Below are positions 51,647-60,662 of a stretch of DNA of 64,000 nucleotides, one piece after another. Under the pieces are notes generated by a model. It worked only from the letters and a program-made list of their open reading frames with translations. It was not told the origin of the DNA and made no database searches. The position numbers were made by a program, and so were the translations under genes. Each line of letters starts with the position of its first letter. Position 1 is the first letter of the stretch. Origin of the DNA: a virus (lineage: Duplodnaviria; Heunggongvirae; Uroviricota; Caudoviricetes); the IMG/VR virus record IMGVR_UViG_3300003324_000363, positions 17,571 through 81,570 of that record. One strand, given 5' to 3'.

Positions 51647-51823
51647 TAATTAAACGCCTCATGTACCAATTCTGTAAATGTTGGAAACGCCAAGTTAAAA
51701 GGCTCATAAACAGCAGATGAACCTAGCTGATTTGTAACTTGTTCTCCAGAAAGTGCACGAAACGGCCAATATTCCGGCCACTTGAATCGTTGTCCACGAT
51801 TTATGTGACGTTTGTCACTTGAC
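51647..51823 (-). CDS. Anchor-module ORF (LSSDKRHINRGQRFKWPEYWPFR...EAFN*) with a TTG start. It ends 1 nt into the ATG of 50999..51646 in the -1 frame.
   Basis: Read from the sequence. Homologous to the N-termini of 50079..50993 and 49124..49351. Confidence 0.4.
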
Positions 51824-51825
51824 AA

Positions 51826-53919
51826 TTACTTTCTCATCATCCTTCTGTTTGGTGTATAATTCTTCTTATCACCGGTGTATGTTGGTCTAGTATAGCCATT
51901 TCTGCTTACAGATTGTGGTGCTTTTGTTGATGTAGTGTTTTTGCTTACTGCATCTTGGCTAGCTTTTAGCAAATCTTTTCTAAGTGCATAAATATCTTCA
52001 ACTGATGTTGTGTTAAATGTGCCAAATCCTATTTGTGCAATCCAATAATTGTTTACAACACTGTTTGCAACATGGTCAACCCGTCTATCTATGCTGTTTA
52101 ATCCGTAATATGGTAAAGTTAATGTGATGTTATTACCGGGTCTTACGTACATGAAATTGTTACTTGAGTATGCCGTATTGCCTGCTCCAGCATATACAAA
52201 AGCTGGGTCAACAGCCACACTTCCTGTAAGTGTTGTATTTTGCACTCTCAACAATTCAGCTGCTGCCATTGTTTGTGCATCTGTTTTGGAAGTTATTGTT
52301 CTATCAAGCAATACAAGCTGTCTTGGAACAGGTCTTGGTGATGTTTTAGATTGGGTGTTCTTTGGTGTGCCATCAATATGGAGATAGCTAATCAATGTCG
52401 GCTTTGAAATGTCAAATGTGATATTGCTAGTATTTCCATTTGTAGCTTGCATTATGAATTGAATTTCATCAATGGTTCTTGGCACTGTTGTGTCTGTACG
52501 TAAGTCAACGTCAGATGCCCAGAAGCTTGTATCAACTTCATCAGGATGTGCAGCTGCATAGCTAGGTAATCTTATCGTCCATTCTTTATGCATTCCTTTT
52601 GACGGCACCCAACTTGGGTCATTAACCAAGTTATTTGTAAGCCAATATCCTTTATAGCCATTCAAGCCGGTACTTAGTTGTATTTTAAATGTTGACAGGT
52701 CAAAATTGTTTTGTAATCCAAAATGCAATGTATCCCAGTCAGCTTCAACATAACCAAGCCCAGTCCATGCTCCACCGGCAAAAGGCGTGCCTTGAACAGT
52801 TGTTGATTGAGTGTCAGTTGTAGGAATAGCAGGAGAACGCAGTGTTACACAAACATCAGAATAGTATGTGCCATTGTTTTGGTATGGTCGCCATCCCAGC
52901 AAACAGCCACTGAAGCAGCCAGAAACAACTGTGCCTGCTTCTAAGAATCCTTGATATACATCAGTTCCGGGCAGTCCACCCGGTAAGCTTCTAACTTCCC
53001 AATACTTGTTATTGGTGCAATATGAATCACCTGTAGGTGTTGCAATTGTCGGCCCTGTAAATGGAGCAGATGCACTTACAATTACAGTATCATAGTGATA
53101 TTCTTCATCACTCCATTTGAATTTAGGATTGCCAATAATGTAAGATTCTGTAAGTGGATTTGTTGCCGGATAACCAGCATAGCCTACAGGAATAATCTTG
53201 ACAAGCTTGTTTGCCATAACTTGGAATTCCATGTTGCACATTGTCATTATTTCTTGGAGTGCTTTACCACAGTATGAGCCAATGAATTCCTTTCCAACAA
53301 ATGGATTGTTTAGTGTAGGATCGCCTAGTGATTCAAACAGTGCTTTCATTCCAGCAGCATCAAGAAATGAAAAATACTTTGCAGCTTTAGTAAGAATATC
53401 ATAAACAACCTGACTTGCCTGTGGTGCTGTAGTTCTATAATCACGTTCAAATGCACGTCCATATAGCCAGAAATCACCATAGCTTACTCCAGAAATATGC
53501 AAAACACGTTCTCTATCTTCACCTACAAGTGGCTCAACTTCTAAAACTACACCATTGTAAACACTGCAATAAACAACATCAGAGTCTGACTTGCATCTAA
53601 TTTCAATTTCATCCCCACCACGTATAACCCAACCATTGTTAGTTGTATATACTCTATCACTTGAATCTAGCAATGTTCTAAATGTGAATCTAGAATCCAC
53701 ACTGCCAGAACTGTCATCAAAGACTGGCAATACAACAGAAAATGGTGATTGCTTGCCACCACTTGCATAATGCCATTCCAAGCCGCCATAGTCTTTGTCT
53801 GTAATTACTGGATAGTCATAATAATACTTGGTTGACCCATCAGTATGTGTGAATGATGTATAGCCACTTAATGCTGTATCAATAATATGTCTGAGCTGAA
53901 AGGTTGCCTGTACTGTCAT
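51826..53919 (-). CDS. Large tail or baseplate structural protein in the Dit/Tal-like position, downstream of the tape measure. 697 aa.
   Basis: Assigned by position after the tape-measure protein and before the fibers. No motif-level support. Confidence 0.5.
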   Translation of the reverse strand: MTVQATFQLRHIIDTALSGYTSFTHTDGSTKYYYDYPVITDKDYGGLEWHYASGGKQSPFSVVLPVFDDSSGSVDSRFTFRTLLDSSDRVYTTNNGWVIRGGDEIEIRCKSDSDVVYCSVYNGVVLEVEPLVGEDRERVLHISGVSYGDFWLYGRAFERDYRTTAPQASQVVYDILTKAAKYFSFLDAAGMKALFESLGDPTLNNPFVGKEFIGSYCGKALQEIMTMCNMEFQVMANKLVKIIPVGYAGYPATNPLTESYIIGNPKFKWSDEEYHYDTVIVSASAPFTGPTIATPTGDSYCTNNKYWEVRSLPGGLPGTDVYQGFLEAGTVVSGCFSGCLLGWRPYQNNGTYYSDVCVTLRSPAIPTTDTQSTTVQGTPFAGGAWTGLGYVEADWDTLHFGLQNNFDLSTFKIQLSTGLNGYKGYWLTNNLVNDPSWVPSKGMHKEWTIRLPSYAAAHPDEVDTSFWASDVDLRTDTTVPRTIDEIQFIMQATNGNTSNITFDISKPTLISYLHIDGTPKNTQSKTSPRPVPRQLVLLDRTITSKTDAQTMAAAELLRVQNTTLTGSVAVDPAFVYAGAGNTAYSSNNFMYVRPGNNITLTLPYYGLNSIDRRVDHVANSVVNNYWIAQIGFGTFNTTSVEDIYALRKDLLKASQDAVSKNTTSTKAPQSVSRNGYTRPTYTGDKKNYTPNRRMMRK

Positions 53920-53921
53920 TT

Positions 53922-55010
53922 CTAACCCACTGCCCCAGCTATTACGTGGTATTGTGACATGTCAGCTTCAGCTTTCAATCCTTCATCTGCACTAACGTTT
54001 ACATTGACATCTATGTGAGCATCTTTGTTGCTAAGAAATCCACGTCCAGCAAATAGATTAGCAAATTCTTCATGGTAGTTTGTAGCCAAACCAGCAATCA
54101 AGCTAAGCCCACCACCTATTGCTGCTCCTATTGGCCCACCCATCATAAAGCCACCCAATGCTCCACTGCCTATGCCACCAAGCAAACCTACAGCTTTTGT
54201 TGTTGGGTCTTCTGAACCTGCTGTCAAGCCAAGTGCTAAAGCTGTTCCACCAATCCCAATTCCCAAGCCAGCCAGACCACGCATTCCACCTAATCTACCA
54301 AGTATTCCACTGGATGAACCTAGAGACGCACTTGTGTTTCTGCCAAATATTGGCAGCCCACCCAATTCGCCAGCTGATGTAGATACAGCACTTGTTCCAA
54401 TGAAACCTTTAATCATATTTGCAATTCCACCTTTTCTAGCTACAGTTGCTTGTAACATTCTCAAGTCTAGTGCTGTTTTACCAATGTCGCCAGCAAATCC
54501 TAGAGCAGACATTCCTAAGCCAAGATACATGCCCGGCAATTGCATTGCCAGTTGCTGTTGTGCTTCCATGGCTTTATTCAATTCTTTTTGAGCATCTGTA
54601 GCTTCTTTTGAACCTGCCCCATATTGTGCCATAGCAGCTGCCACCCGATCTTTAGCATCAGCTACACGTTCATCAGCCTGAGCTTGTCTAATTTGAATAG
54701 CATTATACGATAGAAATATGCTGTTTAGCCTCATGCCTGCATGACCTATGCCAGACATCAATCTGGTAGTTTCATAGAATGTTTGATGCCCAAGCATGAA
54801 TTCACGTCTAATGAAACGTTGTTCACGATAAGCTAAGTTAACTGCCTTAGATTGCTGCAACCATGAATCTTGGTTTGCTTGCAACAATGTGTTATTTTCA
54901 TTAATATCTTGACGAACACCCTGAAATGAGCCACTAATGCTGCTTATGGCTTGACTGGTCTGGTCATTAACACTAATATCAATTTCAACACTTCCGGCAG
55001 AAACAGACAT
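53922..55010 (-). CDS. Tail tape-measure protein (short, 362 aa)
   Basis: Coiled-coil N-terminal half followed by Gly-rich hydrophobic repeats (GLGMSALGFAGDIG...GLAGLGIGIGGTALALG). Located right after the chaperone frameshift pair. Confidence 0.6.
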   Translation of the reverse strand: MSVSAGSVEIDISVNDQTSQAISSISGSFQGVRQDINENNTLLQANQDSWLQQSKAVNLAYREQRFIRREFMLGHQTFYETTRLMSGIGHAGMRLNSIFLSYNAIQIRQAQADERVADAKDRVAAAMAQYGAGSKEATDAQKELNKAMEAQQQLAMQLPGMYLGLGMSALGFAGDIGKTALDLRMLQATVARKGGIANMIKGFIGTSAVSTSAGELGGLPIFGRNTSASLGSSSGILGRLGGMRGLAGLGIGIGGTALALGLTAGSEDPTTKAVGLLGGIGSGALGGFMMGGPIGAAIGGGLSLIAGLATNYHEEFANLFAGRGFLSNKDAHIDVNVNVSADEGLKAEADMSQYHVIAGAVG

Positions 55011-55198
55011 GGTTTATTTTTACCTACGAGTGCCTCTATAGGAACTATTGCCATCAGCATTTTCAAGTGTCTTTTTGAACTGTTTGTCTTTCTCTAGCCA
55101 TATGTGTATCATGTTTTCAACAACATATGCTGGCTCTGCCAAGTATTCTTCCCATGTAAAACCAGCTGGGAAATACTTCATTTCATAAACCAATATAG

Positions 55199-55534
55199 CT
55201 ACATGCTCGCCTGTGAGCTTGGCTCTTTTGAGTTGCCCTGCTGCGAGGTATCCGATGTTTCTAAAAAAGCAGGGTCAATAGAATTCATCTTAAGCACTGC
55301 ATTACGTAAAACATAGCCATCAGTTGGGTCTAATTCATAATATTTTTGTGCAGTTATTGCTCCACTTGTGCTTCTTTCAGCTAACAATGCGTGCAATGTT
55401 CGCCAATCTATCTTGCCAGTAATTTGATTTGTGCATTTATCATCCAGTTCTAAACGTTCTCCCCATGGAATTCTGTGTATTTCAAATGTTTCCTTAGATA
55501 CAGGTAATTCCACAGTCTTAGTATTGGCAGACAT
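55199..55534 (-). CDS. Tail assembly chaperone, G-like product, with a -1 frameshift extension (GT-like) to about 55023
   Basis: Assigned by position between the major tail protein and the tape-measure protein. A slippery heptamer TTTTTTA sits in the zero frame at 55262-55268. The -1 frame stays open for ~57 codons and ends 13 nt before the tape-measure ATG. Confidence 0.55.
   Translation of the reverse strand: MSANTKTVELPVSKETFEIHRIPWGERLELDDKCTNQITGKIDWRTLHALLAERSTSGAITAQKYYELDPTDGYVLRNAVLKMNSIDPAFLETSDTSQQGNSKEPSSQASM
55262..55268 (-). other. Putative -1 programmed ribosomal frameshift slippery site (U UUU UUA)
   Basis: Seen in the sequence. Aligned to the zero frame of the chaperone ORF (GCT TTT TTA). 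Confidence 0.45.
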
Positions 55535-55561
55535 TGAGCATCATTCTACAATAGCTGTATT

Positions 55562-56440
55562 TTAGGATGTGCCAAATGTCAAACTTGAACCCATGTAAGT
55601 CATTTGTTTTGAAACAATGTCTTCTGGCTTCATTGGGTCTAGAGACAAACCTGATGTTTTTGCACTGTTTATTGTTACAGACCATGATGCAGAATTGTCA
55701 ACATTGGTAAGCTTTAGCTTCATTGTTCTTGTTGTGTCATTTGCAATGTCTGAATATTCGTCAAGTGCAGTGCCAGAATCCATATCACGTGTTACCATAA
55801 GATGATGGTCACGTGCTACAGTTTCAAGTGCTCTTGTAGCTCCTGTTGATGGTGTCAATCTACGGATAAAGTTCTTGTTGACTTCAAATTCAACATCCGT
55901 CCAGTCTGTTAATGCTGAACCATCCTTTGAAACTGTTACATATCTGTAATAAATTGGGTCAACATCAGTGCCTGATGGGTCAGCAGCATAACTTCCAGAG
56001 CCAAGTGTTGGAGCTGTAACATCAGTTGTCATTCCAACCAAATCCAAGTCAACTTTAACTTGGTCTTCAATAGCACATCTTACACGTGCTCTATCAATGT
56101 ATGCTCCAAGCAATCTGATATACAGTGAATCTGTTGCATCACGCAATACCAGTGAAAATGGCGTACCCCATGGTGAAGCATTAGCACTTAGCAATGTTGT
56201 AAGAAATGAAACTTTGTTTGGAATAAGTGAAAGCTTGGCTTCCGGCTTTACTGACATGCGTTGATTAATGTAAAAGTCAGGACTCCCAGATGCACGTACT
56301 TGTTTATAGTTTGGATTTGGAGTTGGTGTTCCACTGTCAACATAACCCATGAATACAAAACTTGGATTAGACGGAGTTGTACCTGCTACAGATTCTTGTA
56401 CCCAATATGCCTTCCAACTTGACGGAAGAATTAATGTCAT
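55562..56440 (-). CDS. Putative major tail (tube) protein. Paralog of 59148..60233.
   Basis: Sits immediately upstream of the chaperone and tape-measure genes. Shares SWKAYW...NPSFVF...LRGAY...TRAL blocks with 59148..60233. Confidence 0.5.
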   Translation of the reverse strand: MTLILPSSWKAYWVQESVAGTTPSNPSFVFMGYVDSGTPTPNPNYKQVRASGSPDFYINQRMSVKPEAKLSLIPNKVSFLTTLLSANASPWGTPFSLVLRDATDSLYIRLLGAYIDRARVRCAIEDQVKVDLDLVGMTTDVTAPTLGSGSYAADPSGTDVDPIYYRYVTVSKDGSALTDWTDVEFEVNKNFIRRLTPSTGATRALETVARDHHLMVTRDMDSGTALDEYSDIANDTTRTMKLKLTNVDNSASWSVTINSAKTSGLSLDPMKPEDIVSKQMTYMGSSLTFGTS

Positions 56441-56486
56441 ATAATCAGACAGCTAATCGTAATTCAATCCATAAAAGTAAGAACTA

Positions 56487-56882
56487 TCACACATCATCAC
56501 TTGGTGGCTCTACCTGCAATGAGATATTTGCCATATACTCTTCCATGAATGCTCCAGTTTGAACAATGTCAACTATGTATTCTTTCCCACCAGTCATGTA
56601 GAATTTACCCGGTATGAATCCATCACGATAGTGTTGAAATCCAAATTCTTGGAATATGCTATAGAAAGCATGGGCAATTACTTTGTACCGTGCTTCTTGT
56701 ATTTTCTCCCAGTATATGTTATCACGTAAGTAGCCTGTTTTTACAGGTGCTAAATCTTTAGCTCTATCTTGTGCCTCATCTGCTAAGAATTGAGCAAGAA
56801 CATCATTTCTTTGCTCTGCTGTATTTGCAATGTTGTCTAGTGTTCTTATTAATGAGTCAAAGCCACGTGTTGTTATTGGCAT
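56487..56882 (-). CDS. HK97 gp10-like head-tail connector protein
   Basis: APVKTGYLRDNI resembles the gp10-family PVDTGNLR(R/N)S motif. 131 aa, in the neck-gene position. Confidence 0.5.
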   Translation of the reverse strand: MPITTRGFDSLIRTLDNIANTAEQRNDVLAQFLADEAQDRAKDLAPVKTGYLRDNIYWEKIQEARYKVIAHAFYSIFQEFGFQHYRDGFIPGKFYMTGGKEYIVDIVQTGAFMEEYMANISLQVEPPSDDV

Positions 56883-56883
56883 T

Positions 56884-57411
56884 CTAGTTAGCTTGTTGTG
56901 TTTCAGCTTCTAATCGAACTATCTGCACCCACCATCCAGTAGGCTGTCCTTGGTCATCAAACTCTTTTCTAGGTGGTGAGTCAGCCATGCCAATTGGAAT
57001 AATCTTACGTAATGTGCTCATTATGCCATTTGGTGCAGCACTGATATACTTTTTAATTCCATTTCTATCTGTTGATATAAACAGAGCATTCCATATGCCA
57101 TCAGCCATCTTTTCACACACTTTTGGATTTTTAGAATAACAGCTCATTGTTATGCCCATTCTTGCACGTAATGAAATCAATCCTGAAGATGTTTCTATGC
57201 CACGAATAATATTAGTTTGAACAACAATGCATGGGTCTTGGACTCCTTTTCTATTGCCAACTTCACTCCATTCAAACACAGTTGGTATTACCGGGTCATT
57301 GTTATTTCTAACATTTGCACGCCAATTGTAGCCTGTTTGCCCTGTGCTATCATAGCTAAGCAATGCTTTAATATCCCTGAATGTGCCAGCTCTTGGGTTA
57401 GTGATAGGCAT
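56884..57411 (-). CDS. Head-tail connector or tail-completion protein, 175 aa
   Basis: Assigned by position only. Confidence 0.4.
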   Translation of the reverse strand: MPITNPRAGTFRDIKALLSYDSTGQTGYNWRANVRNNNDPVIPTVFEWSEVGNRKGVQDPCIVVQTNIIRGIETSSGLISLRARMGITMSCYSKNPKVCEKMADGIWNALFISTDRNGIKKYISAAPNGIMSTLRKIIPIGMADSPPRKEFDDQGQPTGWWVQIVRLEAETQQAN

Positions 57412-57414
57412 TGT

Positions 57415-58068
57415 TTACCACCACCAGCTTGTGAAGGTGTTAGAGTTGCCTGAAGCATTCTTACGTCCTTTGTCCCACTTGCCACCTGTCTGGATATTGT
57501 CATTAAATTCATTTGTCAGTATCTTGTCAAATTCTTCTTGGAATCTAGCCAAGTATTCATTTGCTTTCTCACGACTGTTTGGCATACTTTGGAAGATATA
57601 ATATGCAGCAAGCAGTGTTTCTAAATGTCTGATAAGGTCAGCTGAATACTTGTAGCTTACATAGATTTCATAATTTTGTGGAGGAATGCCAGTACTTTTG
57701 AAAAATACTAATCCGTCTTTGCCATGAATCAAGTAATCTGTTGATGCAACCGTATCGTATGTTTCTTGTGTGCCCGGTGCTGTAGTTGTTACAACAATCT
57801 TGGAAGCATCATTTGTCGGCACACCACCAGCTTCTTCTACCTTATCAAGAATTGGATAAAATCTTACACGATATTTGTACTGAACACCATCAGAAGTGCC
57901 AATCCATTCTTTCTCACGAATACCGTCTAAGGTTTCCCCTGCTTTTGCTCTAAGCTCACGCCAAGCATACTCTATTGCAGCTGCAATATCTCGATCTTGC
58001 TTCTCACTTTGCTGTATTCCTGTTATAGCACGAACATGGACAACTGAGGTATAAGGTGGTGGACTCAT
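57415..58068 (-). CDS. Head-tail connector or adaptor protein, 217 aa
   Basis: Assigned by position only. Confidence 0.4.
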   Translation of the reverse strand: MSPPPYTSVVHVRAITGIQQSEKQDRDIAAAIEYAWRELRAKAGETLDGIREKEWIGTSDGVQYKYRVRFYPILDKVEEAGGVPTNDASKIVVTTTAPGTQETYDTVASTDYLIHGKDGLVFFKSTGIPPQNYEIYVSYKYSADLIRHLETLLAAYYIFQSMPNSREKANEYLARFQEEFDKILTNEFNDNIQTGGKWDKGRKNASGNSNTFTSWWW

Positions 58069-58069
58069 T

Positions 58070-59104
58070 TTAGACCACCGTGAATGACAATGTTGATTCT
58101 GTGCTTACATTGTTACCAAAGTCTGTAACTCTGACATATGCAGTATGAGCACCAAGTGAAATGCCTGTATATAATGCCTGCCAGTCAATTGTAATATCAT
58201 CATCTGTAGTTGCATTCACAGAAGTTAATGCCCCAATATTTATGCTAGAATCAGTAAGTGCCATCCAACTTCCACTGTCAACTTTTACCTCAACTGAACT
58301 ATCTGCATAGCTTCCACTATGAACAAATCCCAAGTCGTCTGTAGCAGTTCCATTTATTTTAAAGCCGCCAGATGGTATATCTGGGTCATCATTATTGTTT
58401 TGAATTTGGCTTATTGCAATTGTTGGTGTACCATCAGCAGGTATGCTAGAGGAAGCAGACAGTTTCACATCGTCAATTTTTCTAGATGTGTCTGCTCCTG
58501 TTAAATACAACCCAATTGTCATTTGGTTGGTTGCTGTTAGTGGCTGTGTGTCTATAGCTGCAATTGGACTATCTGGGTTTACAGAAATCAATCCTGCTCC
58601 ACCATTGTCATCAAATTCTATCTTGAAAGCAAGACTTGAAACTGTGTATTGCCACCATGTTAGCTTTAGTTTTTGCCATAACAGGTTGTTTTGAGTTGAA
58701 AAAGTAGGACTGAAATTAAATGTAGCCAATGTTGTTGCTGTGCCAGAAGTATATTTTATCAATTGAAAGCCATCAGTTACACTGGTTCCATAATTTATTG
58801 TTGCAACATAGCCAGAAAACCCACTTACTCCAGAAGATGGAATATTTTTGCCATAGCAGAAAAAGCCATAATTAGCATCAGTTGCTGTACCTTTTCTTAT
58901 CCATGCTTCTAATGTTCCTTCATTGATTCCTTTAGCTCTTTTACCATCAACTGCTCCTGTTATTGGGTACATGAACCTTCTCGTTGAAGCAGCACTATTA
59001 ACATCTAAACATGGAGCAGCCATACCTGATTCTAAAGGTGCAGTATCAGAACTGTCTGATGTTATTGTCCAGCCAGTTGGTTGAAACCAGTCAGAAAGAA
59101 CCAT
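58070..59104 (-). CDS. Fiber-family beta-sandwich protein with a C-terminal Ig-like domain
   Basis: GINEGTLEAWIRKG matches the fiber-family motif. C-terminal T/S/D-rich beta repeats. Confidence 0.5.
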   Translation of the reverse strand: MVLSDWFQPTGWTITSDSSDTAPLESGMAAPCLDVNSAASTRRFMYPITGAVDGKRAKGINEGTLEAWIRKGTATDANYGFFCYGKNIPSSGVSGFSGYVATINYGTSVTDGFQLIKYTSGTATTLATFNFSPTFSTQNNLLWQKLKLTWWQYTVSSLAFKIEFDDNGGAGLISVNPDSPIAAIDTQPLTATNQMTIGLYLTGADTSRKIDDVKLSASSSIPADGTPTIAISQIQNNNDDPDIPSGGFKINGTATDDLGFVHSGSYADSSVEVKVDSGSWMALTDSSINIGALTSVNATTDDDITIDWQALYTGISLGAHTAYVRVTDFGNNVSTESTLSFTVV

Positions 59105-59147
59105 TATTGCACACTTTGTTTGCTATGTAAATAGAAATGAAGTATTG

Positions 59148-60233
59148 CTACCAATCCTCTGTGAATATTGCAGTGTAGCTTGGTTCTGGGTTGCCTGCTC
59201 CTGAAGGTGGTTGCCCTACTATTGGTTCTGCCGGTGTGCCCCATTCTTCTGTAAACAATTCTGTCATTCCTGTTGGACTTGAAGTTACCGGAGCATCAGG
59301 TGGGCTTAGAATTGTTGATGCTACAGATGTGAAGGTTATGCCATTTGCTGAGTAAGTGTAACGTGCTTCACTGTCAGTTACTTCACCACTTGCAGTTGCT
59401 TGTTTTTGACCATCAACCATAATTGTGCCTGTTGGCTGTGCATTGGTAAGTGTGGCACCCCATGTTTCTGTTGATGTTGTTAATTCTAATTTCAAAGTAG
59501 ATGCTGTTCCTGCAATTATGGCTGAGTTTTGAGTTAATGCGTCACTGGCTAAAACTGCTCTATCTATTGAAAACTTGATTTCTGTTTTTACATGGGCTAA
59601 AGCTCTAGTTGAACCATCTGTTGGATTGATTCTACGAACAATTTTCTTTGCTACAACAAGTTCAAATTTTGACCATACCTCAATAACATCCCTGCCTGTT
59701 GCTGTATCTATAACACCAATATTTCTTATCTGAACATTTTGAACAGGTATGCTTGTTACAGCAAACTTTGGGTCATTTGCAAAGACACTTCCAACAGGGT
59801 CTGTATCTGTACTTTCAATACTTGTTGCTATAACGCCAAGCTCAATTATAACATACGCATCAGCTTTATTTGTTGCTTTTATTGCACATCGTTCAACATA
59901 TGCTCCACGTAGTATAACATTCAACTTTTCATCAGTATTTCTAAATATTAAAGTGAAGGGCTGAGTTGTATTTATAAAATCATTCAGTATATCTAAATCT
60001 GATATTTGTAACGTGATTGTGCAAGAAGGTTTTACTGCCATCAGTTGAGTAGAATATGGAAATAGATTGCCACTAGCCATCGTGTTTTTGTATTTTAGTT
60101 TAGGGTCAACATTGAATTGTGTAATGCTTGTTAGAAATACAAAAGATGGATTTGTTGGTGTTATGCCCGGCAATGTTTCTAGACAGTAGTAAGCTTTCCA
60201 ACTTGTTGATGTGACAGTTTGTACAGTGCTCAT
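59148..60233 (-). CDS. Structural protein paralogous to the putative major tail protein, with an extended Thr/Pro-rich C-terminus
   Basis: Homology blocks with 55562..56440, seen by eye. Confidence 0.5.
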   Translation of the reverse strand: MSTVQTVTSTSWKAYYCLETLPGITPTNPSFVFLTSITQFNVDPKLKYKNTMASGNLFPYSTQLMAVKPSCTITLQISDLDILNDFINTTQPFTLIFRNTDEKLNVILRGAYVERCAIKATNKADAYVIIELGVIATSIESTDTDPVGSVFANDPKFAVTSIPVQNVQIRNIGVIDTATGRDVIEVWSKFELVVAKKIVRRINPTDGSTRALAHVKTEIKFSIDRAVLASDALTQNSAIIAGTASTLKLELTTSTETWGATLTNAQPTGTIMVDGQKQATASGEVTDSEARYTYSANGITFTSVASTILSPPDAPVTSSPTGMTELFTEEWGTPAEPIVGQPPSGAGNPEPSYTAIFTEDW

Positions 60234-60619
60234 TATGGCCAGCTTTCAAAACTTCTATCTGTTGTTGTGCTAAGTCTTGCATCTTTTATGATGAGTGGGA
60301 ACTCTTCATAAGGTTCACTGTATGTAGTTGAAGGACTTGCCGTGTTTTCAAGCCATAATTCAGCATCATAAAACCCAACAGCCGGCAATTCACTTGATAG
60401 AACTGTCCATTTCACTGTGCCTGTAGAAAGATTCACATTGGTTAACAGCTTGTTTAATGCTGTCTGTCTAGAAAATCTGTCAACAATGTATAGTCTCACT
60501 TGACCACTGTAACCATTGAGAGTTGTAATATTACGGGCAACTCCAGCCTCATTCAAAATCTGAAAAGTGTAATCTTTATTGTCAGCACCTTTCTTAATGA
60601 TTACTTCTGGTAAAACCAT
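60233..60619 (-). CDS. Structural protein, 128 aa
   Basis: ORF in the structural operon. Confidence 0.45.
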   Translation of the reverse strand: MVLPEVIIKKGADNKDYTFQILNEAGVARNITTLNGYSGQVRLYIVDRFSRQTALNKLLTNVNLSTGTVKWTVLSSELPAVGFYDAELWLENTASPSTTYSEPYEEFPLIIKDARLSTTTDRSFESWP

Positions 60620-60662
60620 GTTAGCTCACAAACACTGCCTAAGAAAATAAAATATGAACTAT

